DNA from: an uncultured Alphaproteobacteria bacterium
GTDB lineage: Bacteria > Bacteroidota > Ignavibacteria > Palsa-1295
NCBI GenBank assembly: GCA_964404255.1
Contig: CAYOJJ010000001.1
Span: forward strand, 243,639-307,638
Reading direction: 5' to 3'
Length of the DNA stretch: 64,000 bases
The translations under genes were made by a program, and so were the position numbers. This document shows, piece after piece, positions 47,301 through 57,286 of this stretch; position 1 is the stretch's first letter; every line of letters begins with the position of its first letter. Below the pieces are notes generated by a model. The model was not told the origin of the DNA. It saw only the letters and a list, made by a program, of their open reading frames with translations, and did not search any database.

Positions 47301-49114
47301 ATTACATTGCAGATATTATAGTGGTTGGTGGCGGCCATGCCGGTATTGAGGCAGCGGCTGCAGCTTACCGTATGGGGCTGAAGGTCCGGCTCCTGAGTCT
47401 GCACGCCGATAAAGTTGGAGAGCTTTCCTGCAATCCCGCAATAGGTGGTACTGCAAAAGGTCAGGTTGTTAAGGAAATAGATGCACTGGGCGGGCTCATG
47501 GGTAGGATTACCGATGAAGCCGGCTTGCACTTTAGAATGCTTAACCGTTCTAAAGGCCCGGCTATTTGGTCTCCACGGGCTCAGGTTTCGAGGAGCCAGT
47601 ATCCCTTAATTGCTCAGCGAGTACTAAAAGAGTTAGACCCCGAAATGATCCTCGAAGCAAACGTCCAGAAAATCTGGATAGAGCAGGGGACAGTAAAGGG
47701 AGTCGTTCTTTCCGATGGTACCAAGTATGGGGCAAAGGCTGTAATTATCTGTGCCGGTACCTTTCTCAATGGGGTAATGCATACCGGCCTTACCAAGACC
47801 ATTGGTGGCCGATACGGCGAAGAACCAACCAGCTTAAGAACTGAGCCGGAAGGTGCACTTTCCCTCGTATCATATCGGCTTAAGACGGGGACTCCTCCCA
47901 GAATTTCTCTTAAGAGTATCGATACTGCCTCCCTTGAAATACAGGAAGGCGATCCTAATCCCGTAGCTTTTTCTTCCAAGACCACCTCCGAAGTAGCTAA
48001 TAAGATCCATTGCTACATCACCTATACCTCAGAGGTAACTCATAACGAGCTTGCCAAAGGCTTTGCCGAATCTCCAATGTTTACGGGGAAGATCCAGGGC
48101 AAAGGACCCCGGTATTGCCCCTCGATCGAAGATAAGGTAACCCGTTTTCCGGATAAGCTCCAGCACCATCTCTTCCTTGAACCAGAGGAAGAAGATGGAA
48201 ATGTGGTCTATGTCAATGGATTTTCTACCAGTCTGCCGGCTGAAGTTCAGGTAGCTGCGCTGAAGACAGTGCCCGGTCTTGAAAATGTGGTAATGCTCAG
48301 ACCAGGCTATGCTGTCGAGTATGATTACTTCCCGGCCTTTCAGCTATATCATACCCTTGAATCTAAATCTGTCTCCGGGCTTTACTTTGCCGGTCAGGTA
48401 AATGGCACTTCAGGTTATGAGGAAGCCGGCGCTCAGGGATTGGTAGCCGGAGTAAATGCTGCGGCTAAGCTAAAAGGCTTACCTGAATTTATCCTTGGCA
48501 GGGACGAAGCTTATATAGGGGTACTGGTTGACGATCTTATTAATAAAGTGCAGGAAGAACCCTACCGTCTTTTTACTGCCAGTGCCGAGCATCGGCTAAT
48601 CCTCAGGCAGGATAATGCCGATATCCGTCTCAGTAAAAAAGCTTATGAATATGGTCTTATCGATCATGAGACCTATACTGAAGTCTGTAATAAAAAAGAA
48701 TCAATAGATAAGCTTATCTATTGGACTGAGACTACCAGGGTACCCTCGTTACAAAATGCTGAGCTTAAGCAGAGCATAAAAGCCCAGATGGTTTCCGGAG
48801 GTATATCTATAGAGAAGTACTTAGCAGAACTGGAGAATCCTTTTAATGATCTTAACCAAGCCGTTCTTGAAGGAGCGTCCATCGAGATCAAGTACGAAGG
48901 TTATATTAAGCAGCATAGGAACCAGATCGAGCGGATGCATATCCAGGAGCAGAAAAAAATACCCCATAGTTTTTCTTTCAGATCGCTTAAAGCGTTGAGC
49001 AGCGAAGCACGGGAAATTCTTGAAAAAGTGCGACCAGAGACAATAGGGCAAGCATCACGTTTGCCGGGTGTGGCTCCAACCGATCTAACCATCCTGATCG
49101 GATCACTTAAATAA
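47294..49114 (+). CDS. mnmG: tRNA uridine-5-carboxymethylaminomethyl synthesis enzyme MnmG (GidA)
   Basis: FAD-binding '[15 protein letters not shown]'. Conserved '[20 protein letters not shown]' and 'GxAPTDL' C-terminus. Confidence 0.9.
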   Translation: MEHYIADIIVVGGGHAGIEAAAAAYRMGLKVRLLSLHADKVGELSCNPAIGGTAKGQVVKEIDALGGLMGRITDEAGLHFRMLNRSKGPAIWSPRAQVSRSQYPLIAQRVLKELDPEMILEANVQKIWIEQGTVKGVVLSDGTKYGAKAVIICAGTFLNGVMHTGLTKTIGGRYGEEPTSLRTEPEGALSLVSYRLKTGTPPRISLKSIDTASLEIQEGDPNPVAFSSKTTSEVANKIHCYITYTSEVTHNELAKGFAESPMFTGKIQGKGPRYCPSIEDKVTRFPDKLQHHLFLEPEEEDGNVVYVNGFSTSLPAEVQVAALKTVPGLENVVMLRPGYAVEYDYFPAFQLYHTLESKSVSGLYFAGQVNGTSGYEEAGAQGLVAGVNAAAKLKGLPEFILGRDEAYIGVLVDDLINKVQEEPYRLFTASAEHRLILRQDNADIRLSKKAYEYGLIDHETYTEVCNKKESIDKLIYWTETTRVPSLQNAELKQSIKAQMVSGGISIEKYLAELENPFNDLNQAVLEGASIEIKYEGYIKQHRNQIERMHIQEQKKIPHSFSFRSLKALSSEAREILEKVRPETIGQASRLPGVAPTDLTILIGSLK

Positions 49115-49128
49115 TTTCCACGTGGAAA
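49115..49128. promoter_or_regulatory. 14-bp perfect palindrome TTTCCACGTGGAAA 1 nt after the mnmG stop
   Basis: Read from the sequence. Shares its 12-bp core with the palindrome at the mnmG start. Confidence 0.5.
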
Positions 49129-49162
49129 ATAAAAGTTAAAAGAACAAATAATTATATAGTTT

Positions 49163-50071
49163 ATGTCAGAGCTTTTTAACGAGCTTAATTCTCTTTCTAC
49201 CGAGCAGCGCAACCCCAGATCGATGAATCTTGATTCGATGACAACCAGACAGATCCTCGAATTAATAAACGATGAAGATGCAAAGGTAGCAATGGCGGTA
49301 CGAGTAGAGCTTCCCTACATCGAACGTGTGGTCGAGCGGCTGGTAAGCGTTCTTGGAAATGGCGGCCGTCTGTTCTATGTCGGCGCCGGGACGAGCGGCA
49401 GAATGGGTGTGATCGATGCGGCTGAGTGTCCGCCTACGTTCGGTACCAGCCCCGCCCAGATCCAGGCAATTATAGCCGGCGGCAAAGACGCCGTCTTCCG
49501 TTCTCAGGAAGGAGCGGAGGATAATGCTGAAAAAGGGGCGCTTGAAATTGCCCTGCAGCGCTGCAGTGAAAAAGATATGGTCATCGGTATTGCGGCGAGC
49601 AAGCGCACTCCGTTCGTCCTTGGCGCTCTGAAGAAGGCGTCAGAACTAGGCTCCGCGGCAGTGCTCATTACTACGAACCCAAGAGAATCGGTCGATACCG
49701 GTTATCTTTTCGAAGCGATCTGCCCCGTTGTCGGTCCGGAAGTACTGATGGGATCTACAAGAATGAAATCGGCAGTGGCGCAAAAGATGATCCTAACCAT
49801 GGTCACAACGACGACAATGGTACGGCTTGGAAAAGTCTATGAAAATATGATGGTCGATCTCCAGCTTACCAATCAAAAATTAGCAGAACGGGCGAAGAAA
49901 ATCATTATGATCGCTACCGGAGTTGAATACGAAAAAGCAGCAGAACTCTTAAAAGCAAGCGGCAACCACGTAAAAAGCGCGATTGTAATGCATTATAAAG
50001 GAGTCACGGTAAACGAAGCAAAACAACTCATCGCCAATTCGAATGGTTTTGTACGTGGGGCAATGAGCTAA
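49163..50071 (+). CDS. murQ: N-acetylmuramic acid 6-phosphate etherase
   Basis: SIS-domain motifs 'GRLFYVGAGTSGRMGVIDAAECPPTFG' and 'GSTRMKSAVAQKMILTMV'. Confidence 0.9.
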   Translation: MSELFNELNSLSTEQRNPRSMNLDSMTTRQILELINDEDAKVAMAVRVELPYIERVVERLVSVLGNGGRLFYVGAGTSGRMGVIDAAECPPTFGTSPAQIQAIIAGGKDAVFRSQEGAEDNAEKGALEIALQRCSEKDMVIGIAASKRTPFVLGALKKASELGSAAVLITTNPRESVDTGYLFEAICPVVGPEVLMGSTRMKSAVAQKMILTMVTTTTMVRLGKVYENMMVDLQLTNQKLAERAKKIIMIATGVEYEKAAELLKASGNHVKSAIVMHYKGVTVNEAKQLIANSNGFVRGAMS

Positions 50072-50245
50072 GTCCTTCTAATAAAGAAAATATCCACAGG
50101 TTTGTCTCCCCATTTTATTGATAACTCGGTATTTGGATTATTTCCAAGGTTATCCACTTTCTGCGTGCAACTTTGGGATTTATGCCGTGTTGAAATAAAT
50201 AAGGAAGTATTCTTCAAACTTTAACTAAAGCTATCCTAACTTAAG

Positions 50246-50833
50246 GTGGCTGAACTCTTAGAAACGGTGGAAAAGCGCAAGGCGGGTTCGAACGAACAGG
50301 ACCAGGCGCTCGAGCTGCAACTGCTTCGCGAATTCAAGGAAGGAAAGCGCGAGGCTTTTACGCAGCTATACCTACGGTATCGCCAGCGGGTCTATGCGTA
50401 TTGTCTGAGAATGCTTGGTAATGCCGATGAAGCGGAAGACTTATTCCAGGAGGTCTTTATCCGTGTCTGGCAGCGGGCTTACCAGTTCACCGAAGAACGA
50501 AGCCTCTCCGGATGGATCTTTACCATCGCTCATAACTTGTGCCTCAATCGTATCCGCGATCGTAAAGAGCATTCTTCGATCGACGATTACTCCGATCTGG
50601 CAGCCGAAACACCGGCCTTCGGAGAAGATTGGGCAGAACGGATTCAATCGGCACTCGAGCAGGTACCGCCCGAAAACCGGGAGCCCTTCGTGCTCTTCGA
50701 GTACCAGGGGCTAACCTATCAGGAGATCGCCGAAGTTATGAAACTCACGATCGCCGCGGTCAAGAGCAGAATTTACCGCGCCCGCGAAGAGCTGAGAAAA
50801 ATTTTAGAACCCTATTATAGAGAAGAAATATAA
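50246..50833 (+). CDS. ECF-type RNA polymerase sigma-70 factor
   Basis: Region 2 'LFQEVFIRVWQ' and region 4 'REPFVLFEYQGLTYQEIAEVMKLTIAAVKSRIYRAREEL'. Confidence 0.9.
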   Translation: MAELLETVEKRKAGSNEQDQALELQLLREFKEGKREAFTQLYLRYRQRVYAYCLRMLGNADEAEDLFQEVFIRVWQRAYQFTEERSLSGWIFTIAHNLCLNRIRDRKEHSSIDDYSDLAAETPAFGEDWAERIQSALEQVPPENREPFVLFEYQGLTYQEIAEVMKLTIAAVKSRIYRAREELRKILEPYYREEI

Positions 50834-50873
50834 TAACGATATAGAGCTACAGGAAAGAGGTAATTCATAGGTT

Positions 50874-52202
50874 ATGGAAATGGATATCATGACAATACAG
50901 CTTCAGGAATTTCTCGACGGAAGTTTGCCGCCCGAGCAGGAAGCTGAATTGCTGCACCGGTTATCGGTCTCGCCGGAGCGGAGAAATTTGCTGCGCAGCT
51001 ATATGAAGCAGCAGGCGGTCATCAGCACCGACCGTGCTTCGATCGCCGTGCCGTATGCAACCGAGCAAAAATTATGGGCGGCGCTTGCTGCTCTTCCACC
51101 GGCTGCGGCACCGGTTATTCCTGCTGCAACTTCCGTTGCTCCTATTGCCGCTACTTCGGTATTCTTCAAAGTAGCTGCTGTTGCCCTGGTCTCTGCTATC
51201 GTTGGCCTGGGCTCCGGATATTTTCTCTGGCATAGCGAAGGTGCTACCTCAGCAGCAGGTAAAACGATTGTTCCCGGACCGGTTGCAGAGCTTGCCCCGG
51301 CCGCTTCTTCTACCACGTCTGCCACTACTACTCTTACGGACAACGGTACCAGCCATACCGTTTTAGCGAATGCCTCACGTCCGGCAATTATTTCCCAGAA
51401 CCACTCTATTGTATCTCAGTCATACGAAGCGCCCCTGCCAACCCTTGAGATCGCTTCGGTTCCGTTGGTTAATGACCCGATGCATCTCAATGGTTCGACT
51501 CGTACCATCCCGGAAGGATCCTATTTCCTTCCGGCTTCGGTACAGATTCGCGATCCGTATGGAGTGCAATACAATCGCCCTGCCCTCGGTGGCAGCGCCG
51601 AAGTTCGTGAACAAGGATTTCTCGAACGCTTCGACCTGCAGGTTCATGAAGCGGTTGGAAAACAATTTCCAAACACCACGGCAACCAATACCTCTTACCC
51701 TATTATTATCAATTCCGATGTTCAGTTAAAATATATGCTGAATCAGGATTTCTGGGTCGGAGTAGGAGTAGGTACTTCAAATGTAACGCAAAAGAAATTG
51801 AGTAAGGCTTTGATCGATGATGGCAATCCGTTAGCAGGATATACTATTGTCAGTGATCTGGTCCACGAGCAAACGAATTGGGTAGGCGCATCGCTCGAAT
51901 ACCGGATACCGGTCAGTTCAAGAGTCGCTATTGCTGCTAATGCAGGTATTGCCGCTTCTTCGCTCGGACCGATTTACAGTTCGGAGATAGGTGCCCGCTT
52001 CGATGTCTCGACCCAGATCGGTATTTTGGCCGGAGTTCGGGGAACGATGGTTTATAGCAGTGCTACCCAGCAGTATGAAGCGGTTAAAGCGGAAATTCTG
52101 CAAACAAAAAGTCCTTCGCCTACAAGCGTAGGACCGGATGTTAGTAAAAATAACCCGAACTATAACCTGGAGCTTTCGACGGGAATCTATTTTCACTTTT
52201 AA
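50874..52202 (+). CDS. Anti-sigma-like single-pass membrane protein with beta-rich C-terminal domain
   Basis: The N-terminal ~60 aa is an anti-sigma-type helical domain. TM 'VFFKVAAVALVSAIVGLGSGYFLW'. Ala/Thr/Ser linker. The C-terminal ~170 aa has an alternating hydrophobic pattern and ends 'GIYFHF'. Confidence 0.6.
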   Translation: MEMDIMTIQLQEFLDGSLPPEQEAELLHRLSVSPERRNLLRSYMKQQAVISTDRASIAVPYATEQKLWAALAALPPAAAPVIPAATSVAPIAATSVFFKVAAVALVSAIVGLGSGYFLWHSEGATSAAGKTIVPGPVAELAPAASSTTSATTTLTDNGTSHTVLANASRPAIISQNHSIVSQSYEAPLPTLEIASVPLVNDPMHLNGSTRTIPEGSYFLPASVQIRDPYGVQYNRPALGGSAEVREQGFLERFDLQVHEAVGKQFPNTTATNTSYPIIINSDVQLKYMLNQDFWVGVGVGTSNVTQKKLSKALIDDGNPLAGYTIVSDLVHEQTNWVGASLEYRIPVSSRVAIAANAGIAASSLGPIYSSEIGARFDVSTQIGILAGVRGTMVYSSATQQYEAVKAEILQTKSPSPTSVGPDVSKNNPNYNLELSTGIYFHF

Positions 52203-52259
52203 TAGATTTCCATTGTAGAAGGTAAGTTTTGTAGTGTTCATATTTCCAAAGGGACGACT

Positions 52260-52985
52260 GTGAAAACGTTTCTGTTACTTCTGACGCTCGGCACGATGCT
52301 CGCTTCATGCGCGGTGAGTACCGAACCGGAATTATCGAGCAATCCCCAGGCTTATGAGTACTTCTTTCCCCAATCTGTTGGGGATCAATATGTCTATTCC
52401 GAAGGGACTGCCCCTTCGGCTTCCGATACGACAACGTATCAATCACGGCTTGTCGATGCCAATATCGGCAGCTACATGCAACTTATTAGCACTGTACCTT
52501 CTAACCAGCAGGCATCTCCGGTGCTCTATTATTTCAAGGTAGAGCAGGCGAAAAATGTCGGCAGTCAATGTATCCTTTCCTCGAAAGGCTCATCCGATAG
52601 AGGGCTGGTAGTTTTACAAGGTGATCTTTCGATCGGCTCATTCTGGAATGCCGATTCCGCGGGTTCAATAGTTGCAACAGTTGTCGGCCGGTATGTCGAT
52701 TATTTCTCACCTGGCGCCTCGGAAGTATATCATGATGTAGTAGTAGTAAAATATATAGATAGTACTACTACAGATGGAAGCTATATTGTCCGCTTTTTTG
52801 CCCGGGACTACGGTCTTATCCTCGAACGGACAGTGCTTGCGAATGCTTCCGAAGTATTGAATCTGCAATTACTCAAGAAATTATCGGCCGATGGCTCCGG
52901 ATCGGGAAATCCGAAGCATGATCCCTGGTATGACGTTCACGGACGCTATATCATGCGACAGGCCAACGACGACCAAATTAAATGA
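52260..52985 (+). CDS. Lipoprotein, unknown function
   Basis: GTG start. 'MKTFLLLLTLGTMLASC' lipobox. Confidence 0.55.
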   Translation: MKTFLLLLTLGTMLASCAVSTEPELSSNPQAYEYFFPQSVGDQYVYSEGTAPSASDTTTYQSRLVDANIGSYMQLISTVPSNQQASPVLYYFKVEQAKNVGSQCILSSKGSSDRGLVVLQGDLSIGSFWNADSAGSIVATVVGRYVDYFSPGASEVYHDVVVVKYIDSTTTDGSYIVRFFARDYGLILERTVLANASEVLNLQLLKKLSADGSGSGNPKHDPWYDVHGRYIMRQANDDQIK

Positions 52986-52992
52986 TTTTTCA

Positions 52993-53022
52993 AAGGCGGG
53001 GTACCAGACCCGCCTTTTTTGT
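52993..53022 (+). terminator. Rho-independent terminator
   Basis: 'aaaGGCGGGgtaccagaCCCGCCtttttt'. Confidence 0.7.
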
Positions 53023-53150
53023 CACAAGCTTGCCCCCCGCAGACGTTATCCGATCAGAGGTAGTGTCGCCTTGTAATGCCCGGACCCCGAGGAACAGACT
53101 CCGAGGGCCGCGGTAGTAGTGTTAAAAGTATTGTCTAATTCGAAAAATCT

Positions 53151-54695
53151 ATGAAACGTTATGCTGTGCAATTACTCCCCGTTTTAGTACTGCTATTATG
53201 TTCGCTGCGAGTAAATGCCCAGATACCGCGGCAATTGAGTTATCAGGGTGTGCTGGCCGATGGCTCAGGAAATCTCGTACCAGATGGTAATCATACGCTC
53301 CAGGTAAAACTATACGAAAGCTCGACCGGAGGAACAGCCATCTTTACCGAAACCCAGACCGTACCTGTTGTAAAAGGCTTGTTCAATCTTATTATCGGTA
53401 GTTCAACGCCGTTGCCCGGCACTATAGGATTTGATAAAGCCTACTTTATCGGCGTATCCGTCGATGGCGGCTCTGAGCTTAGCCCGAGAACGGCCCTCGT
53501 TGCTTCTGCGTATGCAATCCACGCTGCTTACGCCGATGTTGCCGGTAGTGTAGTTGGCGGAAGTGGCAATAGCGGCGTCCTATCGGTAAATGGACTTAGC
53601 GGAACAGTGCAGATCGTCGGTGCCGGAGCAACGACCGTTAATAAAGATGCCGGCACAAATACGATCACCATCAGTTCGAGCGGTGGTTCGGGAGCAAGCG
53701 GCATTCAGGGCGTACAAAGCCCCGATGGTACGATCGCCATTACCAACCCGAACGGCCCTTCGGCAACGCTATCGCTTGCCGATAATTCTGTTACCACAAA
53801 AAAAGTAGCCGATAGCTCGATTACTTCACGAAAACTTGCAACAGGAATAATACCGACCGAACTACCGCCAACAGGCGGAGCCGGTGGCGATTTGAACGGT
53901 ATCTATCCGAATCCGAGTGTTGCCAAGATCCAGGGCTATGCCGTTGCGGCTAACCTTCCTCAAAATGGTGATGTACTGCGCTGGGATGGTATTAATAGCA
54001 ATTGGACACCCGGCAGCGTTACGTTATCGCTTCCCTTCTCGGCAACCGATAACTCCGCCAATAATCCTTCGATCAGCGTTACGAATTCCGGCGGGAATAC
54101 AGCCATTGCCGGCACAGGAACGATCGGCCTTTCGGGAAGCAGCAGCGACAATACTAACGGCGCCGGTGTGCTTGGTACCGGCGGAAAGTACGGCGTTCAA
54201 GGCAGCTCTTCAAATGGCTCCGGTGTATTCGGCAGTTCGTCACTCAATAACGGAAAAGGAGTTGAAGGTGTCGCGAACAGCGGAGCCGATGCTGCCGGTG
54301 TTGCGGGTTCGAGCACGAGTGGTGTTGGTGTGAAAGCCTCTTATTCCGGACAAAGCGCCAGTGGAAATGCACTGCAAATCGATAATGGTTATATTAAGCT
54401 TAGCGGCAGTACCCGTACGGCTTATACCCATACGATAACGGCAAATAATCTCGCCGCTGGAGCTCAATGGTCAACCTTTTTGAATTATCCCGGCATGGCT
54501 GCAACGGATATTGTTATAGTTACTCATTGCCTGGTTAATAATGCTTTGAAAAAGAATCTTGGTGCCGGATTAACCGATGGCTTAGGGTATGGCGTCTCCT
54601 GGAATGCCGCGTTTAACCGGTGGGAAATTTATAATGAAGACCAGGCTACGATCATGCCGCTTGGCGAAAAGTTCTTTGTGCTCGTGATCAAATAA
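53151..54695 (+). CDS. Secreted Gly/Ser-rich surface protein, tail-fibre-like
   Basis: Signal peptide. The N-terminal 'IPRQLSYQGVLADGSGNLVPDGNHTLQVKLYES.TGGTAIFTETQTV.VVKGLFNLIIG' module recurs in Bacteroidota fibre-like proteins. Long G/S/T/N-rich middle ('SGGSGASGIQGV', 'GSSSNGSGVFGSSSLNNGKGVEGV'). Confidence 0.6.
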   Translation: MKRYAVQLLPVLVLLLCSLRVNAQIPRQLSYQGVLADGSGNLVPDGNHTLQVKLYESSTGGTAIFTETQTVPVVKGLFNLIIGSSTPLPGTIGFDKAYFIGVSVDGGSELSPRTALVASAYAIHAAYADVAGSVVGGSGNSGVLSVNGLSGTVQIVGAGATTVNKDAGTNTITISSSGGSGASGIQGVQSPDGTIAITNPNGPSATLSLADNSVTTKKVADSSITSRKLATGIIPTELPPTGGAGGDLNGIYPNPSVAKIQGYAVAANLPQNGDVLRWDGINSNWTPGSVTLSLPFSATDNSANNPSISVTNSGGNTAIAGTGTIGLSGSSSDNTNGAGVLGTGGKYGVQGSSSNGSGVFGSSSLNNGKGVEGVANSGADAAGVAGSSTSGVGVKASYSGQSASGNALQIDNGYIKLSGSTRTAYTHTITANNLAAGAQWSTFLNYPGMAATDIVIVTHCLVNNALKKNLGAGLTDGLGYGVSWNAAFNRWEIYNEDQATIMPLGEKFFVLVIK

Positions 54696-54720
54696 CTATA
54701 AGGTCGAAAGTACGAAGTAG

Positions 54721-54760
54721 AAAGGCGGCTCATTCCCCGGCCGCCTTTCGTGTTATTTGG
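54721..54760 (+). terminator. Rho-independent terminator
   Basis: 'AAAGGCGGCtcattccccgGCCGCCTTTcgtgttattt'. Confidence 0.55.
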
Positions 54761-54834
54761 AGTTGCCAAAACCTGCAAATCCTTGCCTTCCTTCGGTTTC
54801 GTTCTTATTTTTGTTGTCTTACGTTCATGAACGA

Positions 54835-55740
54835 ATGGGAGAATTACTACAGCAATTAGTTAATGGCATCTCGCTCGGCGCAATTTATGCGCTTATTGCT
54901 TTGGGCTATACGATGATCTACGGTGTGCTCCGATTCATCAACTTTGCCCATGGGGATGTCTTTATGGTCGGTGCGTTCTCCGGGTATTTCGTTGCCAATG
55001 CCGTCAGCCGTGTACTGCCGATCGGCGGTGTGCCGGCGGCTATCATCGTCTTTGTTGCTGCGATGGTGATCTGCGCCCTGCTTGGAGCTACGATAGAATA
55101 CCTTGCCTATCGCCCGTTACGTTCGCGGCCAAAGCTTACTGTGCTTATTACGGCCATTGGAGTTTCATTATTCCTCGAGTACCTTTCGCAGTTGCTCTTC
55201 GGTGCTACCCCTCGTGGTTTTCCGGAGATCATTTCCAATGCGCCGTTCATTAAGACGAGCTATCTGACGATCAATATCATCGGAGCCGTTGTCATTGTTA
55301 CTTCTATCGCCCTGATGATAACACTTCGGATCATCGTTATGAAGACGAAGATCGGAACGGCGATGCGCGCAGTCAGCCATAACCAGGCAGCGGCAAGCCT
55401 CATGGGTATTAATATCTCGAAGGTCATTACCTTTACCTTTATGACGGGCAGCGCTCTCGCTGCGGCCGGTGGTGTGCTCTATGCGGCGCAATATCCGAGT
55501 ATCGATCCCCTGATGGGCATTCTGCCGGGCTTAAAGGCATTCGTTGCGGCAGTACTCGGCGGCATTGGCAGCATTACCGGTGCGGCGCTCGGTGGGATGC
55601 TTATCGGTGTCGTAGAAAGTTTTATCGGAGGGACGTTCTTATCGACCTATCGTGATGCGATCGTCTTTGCTATTCTTATCGGTATCCTGATCTTCAAGCC
55701 AAGCGGTATCATGGGTAGAAACGAGGTAGAGAAAGTCTGA
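54835..55740 (+). CDS. livH: Branched-chain amino acid ABC transporter permease (LivH-type)
   Basis: 'MGELLQQLVNGISLGAIYALIALGYTMIYGVLRFINFAHGD' is the LivH N-terminal signature. The called upstream TTG extension lies over the terminator and is unlikely. Confidence 0.85.
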   Translation: MGELLQQLVNGISLGAIYALIALGYTMIYGVLRFINFAHGDVFMVGAFSGYFVANAVSRVLPIGGVPAAIIVFVAAMVICALLGATIEYLAYRPLRSRPKLTVLITAIGVSLFLEYLSQLLFGATPRGFPEIISNAPFIKTSYLTINIIGAVVIVTSIALMITLRIIVMKTKIGTAMRAVSHNQAAASLMGINISKVITFTFMTGSALAAAGGVLYAAQYPSIDPLMGILPGLKAFVAAVLGGIGSITGAALGGMLIGVVESFIGGTFLSTYRDAIVFAILIGILIFKPSGIMGRNEVEKV

Positions 55741-56717
55741 TGAAACCGCAGATTAGCTTCCTGCTTATCTTTGCCGCTCTGGCCGGCCTATCGTTTATTA
55801 CGGGCCAGCTCGATCCCTATTACTTTACCATCGTAATGTTTATCGGGATAAACATTACGATGGCGACGAGCCTGAATCTTATTAATGGATTCACCGGGCA
55901 ATTCTCACTGGGTCATGCAGGCTTTATGGGTGTGGGTGCGTATGTTTCCGCAATAGTCTCGACTTTCCTTACTACCCATGGTCTTCAGGCACAGGGAATG
56001 AGCGGCGATATTGCATTGCTCATCTCGCTGCTTATCGGCGGAGCTGTCGCGGCCCTGACCGGCCTTGCCGTTGGAATCCCGAGTTTACGGTTGAAGGGCG
56101 ATTACCTTGCTATCGTTACGCTCGGCTTCAATGAGATTATCCGTGTAATAATCCAGAATGTCGATTTCAAGATCGGCCATACGAGCTATGTCGGTGGTGC
56201 GAGAGGGTTTGCCGTACCTCAGCTTGCAAGCTTTTTGTGGGTCTATGGTATTGCGCTGGTTGCCGTCTATTTCGTAGAGAACCTGGTGAATTCTACCTAT
56301 GGTCGTGGGTTCCTTGCCGTGCGAGATGATGAAGTTGCTGCCGAAGCAATGGGAGTCAATACCACCACGTTCAAAGTACGGGCGTTTGTGATCGGCTCCT
56401 TCTTTGCCGGTATCGGTGGTGGGCTCTTTGCTCATTTCATCCAGTATATTACGCCGGATAATTTTACCTTCCTGAAGTCGATCGAGATCGTCGTCATGGT
56501 CATTCTCGGTGGTATGGGTTCAACCTATGGAGTTATCCTTGCCGCGATCCTGCTGACGATCCTGCCGGAAGCGCTACGGGAATTCAGCGAATATCGAATG
56601 ATCATTTATTCGCTGATGCTTATTATCCTGATGATCCTGCGCCCGCAAGGCCTCTTCGGCAATTCGACGATCAATAAGCTCTTCACCAGAAAAAAATCTT
56701 CTACCGCTAACGCCTGA
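55740..56717 (+). CDS. livM: Branched-chain amino acid ABC transporter permease (LivM-type)
   Basis: 'GQFSLGHAGFMGVGAYVSA' and 'LRLKGDYLAIVTLGFNEII'. Confidence 0.85.
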   Translation: MKPQISFLLIFAALAGLSFITGQLDPYYFTIVMFIGINITMATSLNLINGFTGQFSLGHAGFMGVGAYVSAIVSTFLTTHGLQAQGMSGDIALLISLLIGGAVAALTGLAVGIPSLRLKGDYLAIVTLGFNEIIRVIIQNVDFKIGHTSYVGGARGFAVPQLASFLWVYGIALVAVYFVENLVNSTYGRGFLAVRDDEVAAEAMGVNTTTFKVRAFVIGSFFAGIGGGLFAHFIQYITPDNFTFLKSIEIVVMVILGGMGSTYGVILAAILLTILPEALREFSEYRMIIYSLMLIILMILRPQGLFGNSTINKLFTRKKSSTANA

Positions 56718-56720
56718 TCT

Positions 56721-57227
56721 ATGGAACGGTTGTATTCGCCCTGGCGCAGTGCCTATATCGATACCTTCAAAGGCAAAGCACCGGCAAAAGACGAGTGCAT
56801 TTTCTGTTCGGCGCTTACTTCGAATCAGGATGAGGAACGCCTGATGATCTACCGGGGGAACGAAGCGTTTGCGATCATGAATCTCTATCCGTATAATAGC
56901 GGCCACCTGATGATCGTCCCCAACCGGCATACGGCAGATTTTGCCGGGCTCACCGAAAGCGAGCTTGCTGAATGTATGAAGCTCCTGCAAACCGCCCAGA
57001 AAGCGCTGATCGCCATGTCGGCTCCTCATGGCTATAATATCGGAATGAATCTTGGCCGAGGCGGAGGGGCGGGTATCGACGACCACCTGCACTGGCACAT
57101 CGTTCCACGATGGAACGGCGATACCAACTTTATGCCAACCATTGCCGATGTTAAAATGGTCTCCGAAGATATGCAGCGCCAACGCAAAGAATTAGCGACA
57201 TTATTTGCAGATATTCTGGGTTCTTGA
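56721..57227 (+). CDS. HIT-family nucleotide hydrolase/transferase
   Basis: Histidine triad 'HLHWHIVPR'. 'CIFC'. Confidence 0.8.
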   Translation: MERLYSPWRSAYIDTFKGKAPAKDECIFCSALTSNQDEERLMIYRGNEAFAIMNLYPYNSGHLMIVPNRHTADFAGLTESELAECMKLLQTAQKALIAMSAPHGYNIGMNLGRGGGAGIDDHLHWHIVPRWNGDTNFMPTIADVKMVSEDMQRQRKELATLFADILGS

Positions 57228-57286
57228 GTGTAACTTTTGGCTCCCCGGGCTGGTTATTTTTTTAGTTAAAACATACTCGTGATTCT

